Assembly: GCA_024626585.2 (NCBI GenBank)
Contig: JANKJI020000002.1
Span: 145,082,268 to 145,100,766, forward strand
Length of the DNA: 18,499 bases
Source: Ginkgo biloba
Taxonomy: Eukaryota > Plantae > Ginkgophyta
Direction: 5' to 3'
Below the pieces are notes generated by a model. It had not been told where the DNA came from. It ran no database searches and worked only from the letters and a program-made list of their open reading frames with translations. The position numbers were made by a program, and so were the translations under genes. Position 1 is the first letter of the stretch, and each line of letters begins with the position of its first letter. Of the stretch, positions 1-11,379 are shown piece after piece.

Positions 1-240
1 TACACAAATACAAATTCATGCACATAGGAGGGATACACATAAAATATAAATATTACATTACAAATATCCCATGACTTAGAACAATTTTATCTACACATAT
101 ATGTGCCCCTTTGATGGGCTTACATAGTCATCTCCCTCAAGGAGATATTTCACAGTCTTTATACATTCACCTCCATGTTGCCTCCATAATATTCTTCTCT
201 TTTCTTGGGTGGTTGTCTCATAATCAATGATCTGCACCCT
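1..240 (-). mobile_element. Possible 3' end of a decayed chromovirus (Ty3/gypsy): chromodomain-like remnant, PPT-like tract and start of the 3' LTR
   Basis: The minus strand reads VQIIDYETTTQEKRRILWRQHG (about 237-172), resembling the Tekay/Del chromodomain PVQILD...VKVLWRNHG. A purine-rich GAGGGAGATGAC follows, then TGTAAGCCC at 124, a typical LTR start. Highly degenerate and matched by eye. Confidence 0.35.
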
Positions 241-985
241 TCTCTCTTCTTCACAGTTTAACTTCTCATAGCCTTACAAGGTCTCTTTTAGACCCAAAAT
301 CCTCTTCTTCTTTATTATTAGGTGGCTTGCTCAAGGTTGATGCATCTATCACTTTATCCCTTCTTATTTGTATCATATATCAATCTTCCTCTTAACAGTA
401 TCTCTCCTTCTCCAATTGTCATCTTCTCTCATAAATCTACTCATCTCTCCCTTTGTGATCCTTATAAAGCACTCCTCCTTGACAACATTTAAGCACATCC
501 TAACAACCATGAGTGACATTGCTAAGAACATAAAGGGAAGCTTCATGTCCATAGAGTAGACATGCCAATTTAGAGACCTATGATAGCAAGAGGTTTTCAC
601 AAGCATATCTGCATGTAAGATAGATGTCCCTTATGCAATATTCCATAGAGACTAGAGGTGGAGCCCTCCACTTTTGAGTACGGATATAGTTCAAAAGCAT
701 TGATGCCAAATGGAATCCCATTCTCTCCTAACTCACCAAGTACACTCACCTTTTAGGATGAATGAGAGGTCTTCTTCAAGCTCTCCTTTCCACTCCAAAA
801 AACTACTAGAACTATTGAGTTATAAAAACGTGCAACAATTGCAAAATATTGAGACATAGTTGGATGTTATAAGATTCTATCAATCTCCACTAACTAACAG
901 ACCTATAAAATTTCAATGAAATGTCTCAATGATCATATTACCCACTTAGTTGTGTACTGTCTAAAAGCACAATATGCCAATATAG

Positions 986-1056
986 CAAAGTTACTAGGAT
1001 CTGCCCCGGGGGTCCTATATCTGTATCCGCTCCCACTTCGTTTCCTGGTTACTTAG
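986..1056. mobile_element. Possible tiny non-autonomous TIR element (MITE-like remnant)
   Basis: GC-rich 71-bp island in AT-rich DNA. Left end CAAAGTTACTAGGA matches the reverse complement of the right end, CTAAGTAACCAGGA, at 11/14. No clean TSD. Confidence 0.25.
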
Positions 1057-3094
1057 TGTAATATGTGTATTTTGTCATTTGGCCTTTATATATATGGATA
1101 GCTACATGTTACAATGTAACATGTTTTATGNNNNNNNNNNNNNNNNNNNNNNNNNNNNNNNNNNNNNNNNNNNNNNNNNNNNNNNNNNNNNNNNNNNNNN
1201 NNNNNNNNNNNNNNNNNNNNNNNNNNNNNNNNNNNNNNNNNNNNNNNNNNNNNNNNNNNNNNNNNNNNNNNNNNNNNNNNNNNNNNNNNNNNNNNNNNNN
1301 NNNNNNNNNNNNNNNNNNNNNNNNNNNNNNNNNNNNNNNNNNNNNNNNNNNNNNNNNNNNNNNNNNNNNNNNNNNNNNNNNNNNNNNNNNNNNNNNNNNN
1401 NNNNNNNNNNNNNNNNNNNNNNNNNNNNNNNNNNNNNNNNNNNNNNNNNNNNNNNNNNNNNNNNNNNNNNNNNNNNNNNNNNNNNNNNNNNNNNNNNNNN
1501 NNNNNNNNNNNNNNNNNNNNNNNNNNNNNNNNNNNNNNNNNNNNNNNNNNNNNNNNNNNNNNNNNNNNNNNNNNNNNNNNNNNNNNNNNNNNNNNNNNNN
1601 NNNNNNNNNNNNNNNNNNNNNNNNNNNNNNNNNNNNNNNNNNNNNNNNNNNNNNNNNNNNNNNNNNNNNNNNNNNNNNNNNNNNNNNNNNNNNNNNNNNN
1701 NNNNNNNNNNNNNNNNNNNNNNNNNNNNNNNNNNNNNNNNNNNNNNNNNNNNNNNNNNNNNNNNNNNNNNNNNNNNNNNNNNNNNNNNNNNNNNNNNNNN
1801 NNNNNNNNNNNNNNNNNNNNNNNNNNNNNNNNNNNNNNNNNNNNNNNNNNNNNNNNNNNNNNNNNNNNNNNNNNNNNNNNNNNNNNNNNNNNNNNNNNNN
1901 NNNNNNNNNNNNNNNNNNNNNNNNNNNNNNNNNNNNNNNNNNNNNNNNNNNNNNNNNNNNNNNNNNNNNNNNNNNNNNNNNNNNNNNNNNNNNNNNNNNN
2001 NNNNNNNNNNNNNNNNNNNNNNNNNNNNNNNNNNNNNNNNNNNNNNNNNGAATGGACCAACCTCAATGATTCGTAGGTGAATTGGCACCAATAGCATCAT
2101 GCATCTCATCTTGCTATACCCTTTCTCCTCTCCCCCATTGCCCTTTTCTGAACTTGGCTCTCAAGCTGTTGAGTTGAACAATTCACTTTTCTGTGATTTT
2201 TCCCATATCCACCCTCTCTTCCAGTGATGCACTAAAGCAACTCTTTATTCCCTCACTAATTTAAATGAGTGATGTTTTTTTTTTTTTCTTTTTCCTATTC
2301 CCAACCTCTATATTAGCAGTGCCATTTCTTCCTAACTATTTGGACAAGTTGTCACCTCCTTATTTTGAATTTTCAAATCCTAACATCTACTCTTCTATCC
2401 TACATCCTATTCTTCCAATAGGACCATTATATCTCAGAGGTTTGTAACTGTGGAGAAAGTGTCTATGGGAATTAGTGATAAGGAGTTAATGACGAACTTG
2501 GTATCGACAAAGAGAGACATTGTAAGAACCTCGAGCTTTATAGAAAAAGACGAATTCTAATCAATGTCAAACAACTTTCCATAATTCCTCCCATAATGAC
2601 TAATGAAGAAGAGGCAAGCTAATCCTTAGAATCTTAAGAGGATTTCCATATGGATAGCAAAAAGGTTTCTTGGTATAACTATTTAACATTATCTCAATAG
2701 CTATAAAAAAGACTATCATAGTATGAGATGAAATCTTCAATAGGGCATGGATGCCATACTTACCCTAGAGTAGACAACAAACTGAAAGGGCTTTTTGAGG
2801 ATATAATATGCACTATTGGTCAAATATGGAAATGATCTTTCCTTCCTCAAGCAATTTAGAAGGGTCTCCCAACAATGAAGTAAGTAGGCTTCCCATTACC
2901 CAATGGATGCTTACACGTGTAATCCTTTATGTGTGGCTCTGAGAGGAGAGTCATACTTGAGAGGACTTGGACATGAAAAGCATGCCTCTCTCTAATCACT
3001 CACATACAAATGTTATGGGAAATTTGAGGCAATCTAGAGAAAGCAAGAATAGTTGCTAGTATCAACCTTAATACAGTTCGTAAGGGGAGGGTTT

Positions 3095-3448
3095 TGTCAC
3101 AACCCCGCCTTAAGTCTGTAACTATAGTTAGCAATTTACATAGAAATCCATATATTCAATAAGAAAGCACAGCGGAAATATAATAGCATAATATCATGAT
3201 TCAAAATAATAAATTGCAATCACATTCAAGTGCATAAGACCCAATGCATCAAGTATGAATCATAGATAGACTTCAAGGTAAGACTGCTAGGTCTAGGACA
3301 AGATACCCCGACTATTGGCCATGAGAAAAACCCCTAAAGGACTTCACCGTAACTACCAACCAAGCCTCGGGCACCATAAAGGTTCACCTTTAGCCCCATC
3401 TCCATGGGTCCACCCCTTGTAGCTAGGAAGAGTACCAAGGTCTACCTT
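3095..3448. mobile_element. LTR terminus of a Ty3/gypsy element (TGTCACAACCCC), running into a gap
   Basis: TGTCACAACCCC at 3095 is preceded by the PPT-like AAGGGGAGGG (3082-3091). The same 11-mer terminus occurs at 7786. Orientation is ambiguous because CAGCGGAAA at about 3170 (TTTCCGCTG on the minus strand) is often seen near LTR 3' ends. Confidence 0.5.
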
Positions 3449-5644
3449 NNNNNNNNNNNNNNNNNNNNNNNNNNNNNNNNNNNNNNNNNNNNNNNNNNNN
3501 NNNNNNNNNNNNNNNNNNNNNNNNNNNNNNNNNNNNNNNNNNNNNNNNCTAAAACTTTGAGTAGATTAAAAACACTATCTTGTCTTTTAAATTTGTACAT
3601 TCAAGTAAGTGTAAACTATAGCCATAGTAAGTAGTCAAATAAGGGGATGAATATGACTATTTGAAAGCATTATTAGTGGCTTCAAGAAGAAAGAAAAACT
3701 AGTTATTTGCAAAAGAACCATTGAAATCCTAAGAGTGTAGATATACTATGTCTCTTTAAAATGATTCCTTTGTGCACCCCAACCCACACCCACCCCCATA
3801 AAAAAAGAAAAAAGAAAGGAAATTAAATTTGTATATTTAAAATGTTGGAGCAATTTTCACAAATTAATAGCTTTGTTTTGGTCAAAGTTGGATCACTTTT
3901 CCTTCAATTTTCAAAAACTTTAGTGATAATAATTACTAACATCACCCCAAGATATATAGCAGTGCTTCAAATAAAACCAACATCTAGTAGCATTCAAGTG
4001 GGAAAAAAATGAACTTCATACCTCGCCAAGGAAGGGCCAAACTTCTCCAAGCTCATTATTCACCCAATAGAGCTAAAACAATCCACACAATTTATATCCA
4101 AAAAGAACATTACATTAGGAGATTTGATCCAAATTTAAAGTCAAAATTATATAATCACAATCAAACACCAAACTTTCAATATGATTTGAATTTTGTATAA
4201 TTGTTGGTAAATGTTTGCAAATTACAAAGCTCCATATGTCTAAATAATTCTACCTTGATGCAAACATGATACAACATAAACCCACATGTTGGAGATTTTC
4301 AAATAAAAGATAAAAAGGTTATCATTTCATATATTAATAGACCTGTGAATCATGTTATTTGGAAGTAAAGGTTTCACAAAAGCATATAATATTTATACAA
4401 CTATACTTGATCATATCTTTAAATATAATCCTAAAACATAAAGGAGTATAGATTGTCTATTCTTAAACTCTATGTATAATAAAGTATGACACTAAAGATA
4501 TTGATCAAGAACAAAATTGCATACCATTTTTATCTTTTAGTGAAGATGAATTCAAATATACACAATGACTCTAGTGATGGAATCAATATATTAGTTTTAT
4601 GTTACAAAGAAAATGAATGCATATTTAAATACAAAATTTAATCGTACAAAATCTCTCTCATAGATATACGAAATAAATTTATTTATGAAACCAATGTTAA
4701 CAACTTTGAACCANNNNNNNNNNNNNNNNNNNNNNNNNNNNNNNNNNNNNNNNNNNNNNNNNNNNNNNNNNNNNNNNNNNNNNNNNNNNNNNNNNNNNNN
4801 NNNNNNNNNNNNNNNNNNNNNNNNNNNNNNNNNNNNNNNNNNNNNNNNNNNNNNNNNNNNNNNNNNNNNNNNNNNNNNNNNNNNNNNNNNNNNNNNNNNN
4901 NNNNNNNNNNNNNNNNNNNNNNNNNNNNNNNNNNNNNNNNNNNNNNNNNNNNAAAAGTTGTACGCCACTACTCAAGTATTGCAACCATCCTAACAAACAA
5001 AGACAATGAACTTGTCAAGGATTTGTGCCCAAGTACTTGAAAGTAACAACATTGGCTCAAAAACAGCTGCAACCAACTACAAAAACCACCACCAATTGGT
5101 GAAAGTAGCTATGAATATGTTATCAAACTTGGCATCTATTATTGTTATCTCAGGATTCTTCATGCTCTCTATTACCCCCTGAAGAATGCCCTTGTTTTTT
5201 ACCAACCTTATGTGGGGGTCTCAAAGATCCCTATCGCCTTGAGTCTCCCATGTGATTTTTTCATTCAGTTTTGCATCTAAGCCAAATGTGACCAACACCG
5301 TTTAAATTCAAGTTCTAATTTTCATGCCTTCTCTCTTTCCTCATTTTGTTCTTTTGAAACTCTTGAACAATCTAGTTGATGCTTAGTATACCATTGTTTA
5401 AACTTTATAGTAGGTTGTTCTTTATACTCCAAAAACTAATCATTATGCATAACAAGGTAATATTTAACATTTGCAAGATTGTTGTGCTAATCATTTGCCT
5501 TCATATAATTAGCATCTAGCTATGCTTGCTTTACTACTAATTCCTTGTAGATAGTTGCCAATTCAACCATTGAGGTTTTCTTTTGCAACTCTTTCTAAGC
5601 AAAACAAACCACTTGATTGTTAAAAAATTTCATCAAGACTCGTT

Positions 5645-5730
5645 TTTCCAAGAAAAAAAATTCTATTTTGGGAAAATTTTATTTTTGAAAACTTTCTATT
5701 TTGGAAAAGTTACTATTTTTGCAAAGTTTT
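5645..5730. repeat. Degenerate short tandem repeat, core CTATTTTGG(A/G)AAA
   Basis: About 4 imperfect copies spaced 17-18 bp apart: ctattttgggaaaa, ttatttttgaaaa, ctattttggaaaa, ctatttttgcaaa. Confidence 0.5.
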
Positions 5731-6549
5731 TGTTCATGGAAGGTTTCATATTACATGTATGGTTGGATGCATGCATGTGTGTTTGAGCGGCTACATGCAT
5801 GTGCATGCATGCACATGTATGAGCTTTTGTGGACATGAAGACCAATTTAGTAGTTAGACAAGTTTGACCAATTGCATGCAGTCAAAACAAGTCAACGAGT
5901 GATGGAGTGTGCATACAAAATAGGGTGTTCATCCCAAGGAGTCAAAGTTGCATGCATGCAAGTTTTAGTGGTTTTCGATTTTAACATGTGATGGAAATAN
6001 NNNNNNNNNNNNNNNNNNNNNNNNNNNNNNNNNNNNNNNNNNNNNNNNNNNNNNNNNNNNNNNNNNNNNNNNNNNNNNNNNNNNNNNNNNNNNNNNNNNT
6101 ATACTTGTATTGTGAGATGTTTTGTTGATGTTATTGGTAATTTACTCTAAGTTTCTCTTAAGAATAAATGGTGATTTATGGTATGAAATAAATCTGATTT
6201 TTTACCACTGCATACTCTGAATTTTTGTGTATAACATCTCATGGTCTTGCCGAAATAATTTGAATATTGATGTTCTTCTCAGCCTAAGGAACTTTTACTC
6301 CATCATACTCAAAGAAGACATCCATCCTCGAACAAGTACCACACAAAATCTTCTTAGTCATTTTGAATACTAAGCCCTCAACTGGTTAAGGTCTTCTTGA
6401 TACTTACCAACAACTAATGCCATTGTAGCAATTTGAATTTCAAATAGGCAACACCATCTATGGTGCGTGTCCATTGTTGGACTCTCTCCTTGTTGCATCT
6501 TCTCCGACAATTTGTACCTCCCATGCATCGCACTACTACTTCTTTAACC

Positions 6550-7785
6550 AAGAGCTAGTGATTCTTCACAACTTATTTGCCCATACCTACAATTTTATCC
6601 TAATATCCTCCACCTATTTTTTGCAAATTCTAAAAGTGCAAATTGTTCTTCATGCCAAAACTCTATAGTGCCACCCACCAAAAATCCACATTTGAAAAAG
6701 CAACTAATCAAATGTAGTATGAGACAAACTACAAATATCAAACATGTTTCCCTCTATTATCTCTTGGCTAGTTCTCAACAAAAGTTTCCTTTTGTTCATT
6801 GTGTGCTAGCATGTTATGGTTAGCAATACAATTTGTTCCCATTTTATGGATCCTCCTCAATACTTACGTCTAGATACTCTTTACCCCTAACAAAAACCTC
6901 AGTAGCCTATTGGCTTCCTCTCCCTAGGGTCACAACCTACACATCTACAACCTAACTAGTACTCCTCGTTGCAACCATAATATCCTCCATTGTTGAAACT
7001 CATAGGGTGAAAGATGCTACCCACAAGCTACATGTTTTGCTTCTTTGTTGGAAAGGATATTGATTTCTATCATTGTGAACATCTAAAGGGATGCTTCCTA
7101 ACTTGATTTTGATACTTTATGTCTATGACAAAATGTCTTCTTTTTGTGAAAGAAAAAGACCCCCAACCGAGCATTGCTTCACAATTGGTTGTTATGCATG
7201 AAATCTTTTAATGGAAAAAATCCAAATGGAACACTTCCCACACACTAGGATAATTGCTATAAGAGCATCATAAAAGGGATTGTCTTTGGCTCTCAAAACT
7301 TCAACTAGTTGAGTTCACAATCACCACACCATAAAGTCATACCAATAAAACTTTCCATCATTTACCAACAGTGTGTCCTTCCACTACAAGAGTGACACCA
7401 CAAAGATCTTTCTCATCCTAGTGTTAATCATGGCCAATCATCAAAAATCATTTGTTGTCATTTCAACCCACTTCTAACATTAGTATTCATCATCAAAATC
7501 CCACGTGCCCATTTTCTTTAGGTATGACTTCAATTTTGGCAGGATCGATCTTGAGCCCTCCTCCATCTACCTTGAAGTCTAGGTGGATCAACTCCCTCAT
7601 TGAAAAAGAGCATTTCTTGAGGTTCACTTGAAGTTGCTCCTTTCTTAATGCTTTAAGCAATATTTCAACATATCACAGATGCTCCTCCCATGTCTTATTG
7701 TATATTAGGATATCATCCAAGTAGACAATGACAAATGTGTCTAGATATGGTCTAAGTACCTAATTCATCAACTTCATGAAGGTTG
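6550..7785 (-). pseudogene. Decayed Ty3/gypsy pol (chromovirus-type): C-terminal part of RT followed by integrase remnants
   Basis: The minus strand from 7785 reads TFMKLMN*VLRPYLDTFVIVYLDDILIYNKTWEEHL*YVEILLKALRKEQLQVNLKKCSFSMRELIHLDFKVDGGGLKIDPAKIEVI, with YLDD at 7723-7712. Further on are WP (about 7435), CHSC (7397-7386, integrase HHCC CxxC) and PSVWEVFHLDF (about 7249-7217, similar to PWESISMDF). The left boundary is approximate. Confidence 0.85.
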
Positions 7786-8399
7786 TGTCACAACCCAAAC
7801 AAGTGTGGTCAAAGCTAGGTCAAAGGGGGATTTTGAAGGAGAAAAGAGGCCTTTAGAAGTTAAAATGACTTCAACTGTCTTAAAGAAGGCTAAAAAAGAG
7901 CCTAACTGGGAGTTAAGCATACTAATCCTCAAATCGGTGGTTAATAATGATGGCGGGACCCTTAAAAGAGTAAAAAAGAGGTCAAAAGGCTAAAACAGGC
8001 CTTCCTAAGCCTTGGCGCCATCCTTTACGGGGTTAAATAGCCTAAACTAGCTTCCTAAACCCTAGTGCCAACCTCTAAGCGTTATAATGACTGTTTTGCA
8101 AAGAATTTTGAAAAGGCATGAGCCTACATGCTAAGCCGACCCAAACTAGATGCACCATTTAAAGATCTATTTAAGGAGGCTCAAGGATGGTGCATTTATT
8201 CATCTCTCATTGATTGTTATGCGCCCATTTCTACTTTCTAGCATTTTCTACATATTCAACTCCTCTTGGAAGGCACAGTTTTCTAATCCTAGTCTTCCAA
8301 CTACTTGGCGAAGTGCTACTCCTTGGAGATTGTGACTTGTTGAGGGGATTTTCTACTATAGAACTTTTCTACTTCTCCTGGAGTGAAGGCAAACCTCTT
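7786..8399 (+). mobile_element. LTR of a nested retrotransposon inserted into the minus-strand RT
   Basis: RT homology stops abruptly at 7785. The sequence then starts TGTCACAACCC and has a TATA-like CTATTTAAGG at about 8167-8176 followed by a pyrimidine-rich stretch. It is truncated by the 100-N gap. Confidence 0.7.
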
Positions 8400-8499
8400 N
8401 NNNNNNNNNNNNNNNNNNNNNNNNNNNNNNNNNNNNNNNNNNNNNNNNNNNNNNNNNNNNNNNNNNNNNNNNNNNNNNNNNNNNNNNNNNNNNNNNNNN

Positions 8500-8527
8500 A
8501 CACACACATAATATAAATGTGTGTGTG

Positions 8528-8577
<50 letters not shown>
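8500..8577. repeat. Compound microsatellite (AC)n...(TG)n(AT)n(AG)n
   Basis: Directly visible: AC run 8500-8508, TG run about 8518-8533, AT run about 8535-8563, AG run to 8577. Confidence 0.95.
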
Positions 8578-8588
8578 TATGCCTTCAT

Positions 8589-10943
8589 TGTGTGGATTAT
8601 CGTCCATTAACAAAATTTACAAAAACTGACTCCTTTCCACTGCCATTTATTGAAGTTGTCTTAAAAAATTAACTCGGCATGAGGTATTCTCTTTGACTAA
8701 TGGATTCAATGGTTACAACCAAGTTAAAACCACGTTTTCCAGTGAATGGTGTACCTATGCTTACTTAGGTGTGTTGTTTGACCTAACTAATGCAACTACA
8801 ACTTTCCAATGAGTTATCCTCAATATATTCAAAATAATAATGGGGCCAAAAAATTGAAGTCTTCTTGGATGATTGAACATTGTAACCCCTCATCAATGAC
8901 CATCTAGGTAATCTACGACAAATGTTTGAGGTGTACTAAGAAAGCAGATTGTGTTTAAATCTCGATAAATGTAGTTTCATAGTGCCAAAGGGCACATTGT
9001 TACAAGAGGCCTACTCATGAATCCTACAAACGTCAGGCTAATTTTAGGTTTCCCACCCCTAAAACAACAAAGCAACCCTCTTGGATTAACCGTTATTGCA
9101 AGTGTTTCATCCAAAATTATGCACAAAACTCATCCTCATTAGAACAATTATTGAAGATAGCCACTCCTTTTGAGAGGAAAATAGAATATTAGTTGTTCTT
9201 TGACAGACTTNNNNNNNNNNNNNNNNNNNNNNNNNNNNNNNNNNNNNNNGCACAAGAGCATGGAATTCAATATCCATGTATATGCGTCAATACGTGCTAT
9301 CAAAAGTGTGTTGGCTCAACCCAAGGAGGCAAACGTAGATCACCCCATTTACTTCACCAAGAAAAAGTTATCATTAATTGAATGGAAGTATAGGGTGACG
9401 AAACAAGAAGAGTAGGAAATTGTATATTCAATACAAAAAATTTGACACTCTCTCCTAGGAANNNNNNNNNNTAACAATTTCTATGCGGATCATGAAGCCT
9501 TAGTTTATTCAGTTAATAATCCCATACTACAACGTTGCATTCGTAGTCTCTATAATTATTTCAAGAATTCAACTTTACAATGATTGTAAAACCCAAAGCT
9601 CAACGTAATGTACCAAACCAAGTATCCTAAATCAACATGAGAGAAGATGGCAGCAAAGTACCTGATGATTTTCTTGATGCATCCTTATTCCAAGTAACAA
9701 TAGTCNNNNNNNNNNNNNNNNNNNNNNNNNNNNNNNNNNNNNNNNNNNNNNNNNNNNNNNNNNNNNNNNNNNNNNNNNNNNNNNNNNNNNNNNNNNNNNN
9801 NNNNNNNNNNNNNNNNNNNNNNNNNNNNNNNNNNNNNNNNNNNNNNNNNNNNNNNNNNNNNNNNNNNNNNNNNNNNNNNNNNNNNNNNNNNNNNNNNNNN
9901 NNNNNNNNNNNNNNNNNNNNNNNNNNNNNNNNNNNNNNNNNNNNNNNNNNNNNNNNNNNNNNNNNNNNNNNNNNNNNNNNNNNNNNNNNNNNNNNNNNNN
10001 NNNNNNNNNNNNNNNATGTTCGCCGAAGGGTGGGTAACCCACGCTCCATCCATCACCAAACCCTACACCCTATTCAACCTCAAACACCCTTTTAAAAATG
10101 GTGCCTTAATTTTGTGGCATTCATTATCCCCGTGGCTCGATGTACGTAGACCTAATATATACTAGTTGTTATTGATTACATTACAAAATGGGAAACACAC
10201 CCTCAAAAGATGCAATGCACAGCGCACAACACAAGTTTTATATGAAATGATCATCACCCATATCAGATGCCCAATTGAAACACTTAGTGACCATGATGTT
10301 GAATTTGTGAACATAACAATCCGACATTTAACATAGGAGTTCATAATCATTCACCATAAATCTCCACCCTATTATCAACGTGTAAATGGACTAACAAAGA
10401 GCATTGAAAAAATACTTAAAGAAACATATGACAAATATTTGTACTATTGGAAGAAATGATTGGGCTAAAAAAATCCACATTGTTGTATGGGTTGATTGTA
10501 CCATACCAATGTATGCTAATTGATTCACACCCTTTGAATTAGTCTATGGTCAAGAAGCCATTGTGCCATTCGAATTTCTAGTTCCAAGCTTGCATATTGC
10601 CATTAAATACTAGTGAGGAGATACTAAATCTCATCAAGTTTGTTCAGGCCATTTAGTCAATTCTTGGGCCATGGCTCAGTAGGAATGGGAAGCAAGCTAG
10701 CAATGACAAAAAGCCTAACATGATTGCCACATCTATGACCCAAAATTTAGAAATGGAGATACATTACTTATGCATAACAATAAGTTCCGGAGGAAACCTA
10801 GAAAAATAAGAGCATGATAGATTGGACCTTATTGCATTCATACAATTCACAATAATTGTTCAATGCAAATACAACAATTGAATGGCAAATTACAATGCAA
10901 ACTAATAAATGGGAGCAAGATACCATTCCATCATCACAAGTAA
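8589..10943 (+). pseudogene. Decayed Ty3/gypsy pol, non-chromovirus (Athila/Tat/Phygy-Selgy-like branch): RT - RNase H - integrase with GPY/F
   Basis: RT: CVDYRP..KFTKTDSFPLPFIEVVL..HEVFSLTNGFNGYNQV; TFSSEWCTYAY..LFDLTNATTTFQ; EVFLDD* (8862-8876); HLGNLRQMFE..LNLDKCSF. RNase H: EFNIHVYASIRAIKSVLAQPKEANVDHPIYFTKKKLS; FYADHEALVYSVNNP..LFQEFNFTMIVKP. Integrase: RRVGNP..QTPF.KWCLNFV..YILVVIDYITKW; LYEMIITHIRCPIETLSD; HHKSPPYYQRVNG; TPFELVYGQEAIVPFEFLVPSL; KFRNGD..IGPY..LINGSKI, stop TAA at 10941-10943. Many stops and frameshifts. Domain order RT-RH-IN is gypsy. Confidence 0.95.
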
Positions 10944-10977
10944 GGAAAATATATAAATAAAATAAATTTCTAACTAT

Positions 10978-11200
10978 AGTTGCAACCTACTAGTGATGCT
11001 ACAACCAACATTAAATGCCTTATGATCTACATTACTTGCAATTGGCGTAAAAAGTCCTACAACCAATGTTAACAGTCTCGCAACCCATGTTAACAATCTT
11101 GCCACCAAAGTGTTTTGCAATCGATGTGGCTTGCAACCAATGTTAAAGGTCTTATGACAATCATGTCTTGCAACTGGCATTAAAGTCTTACAACTAGCAT
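10978..11200. repeat. TTGCAAC-core minisatellite, array 1, just downstream of the pol stop
   Basis: About 10 degenerate units of roughly 16-21 bp, e.g. gtcctacaaccaatgttaaca, gtctcgcaacccatgttaaca, gtcttgcaactggcattaaa. Confidence 0.8.
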
Positions 11201-11379
11201 GGAAAATCATAACTAACATATTAAAAATAAAATACTTATTGTTTAAATTAAACTTAGTAATAAATTTGGTATAATAATTATTTGGTACGATGTGGGGCAT
11301 CATGATGCCAATCTGACCATCACTTATAATAATCAAATATTAAATTAATCATTGTGACATTGAATGGGAAACATGTGAA

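Noticed and set aside
1065-2109. ORFs over 300 aa in the ORF track, and similar ones spanning other N-runs
   Set aside because: They consist almost entirely of X from assembly gaps.
2050-3080. Possible LINE remnant on the minus strand (LWEEL- and GLGI-like fragments)
   Set aside because: The fragments are too short and not in a convincing order, so the region is left unclassified.
4254-4342. Possible minus-strand exon (cacAG|GTC...AAG|GTAG)
   Set aside because: All three frames contain stops. At most a pseudo-exon or UTR exon.
4953-5330. Possible hAT dimerisation-domain remnant
   Set aside because: The diagnostic WW and CER.FS motifs are absent.
5750-5960. Cluster of CATGCA (RY-like) motifs
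   Set aside because: Better explained as low-complexity or CpG-decayed alternating purine-pyrimidine sequence within repeat DNA; there is no linked gene.
7805-8335. Short ORFs at 7805-7993 and 8150-8335
   Set aside because: They lie inside the LTR-like segment and have no recognisable domain.
10974-11336. 120-aa minus-strand ORF with VARLLT repeats
   Set aside because: A by-product of the 21-bp minisatellite and AT-rich spacer, with no protein-like signal.
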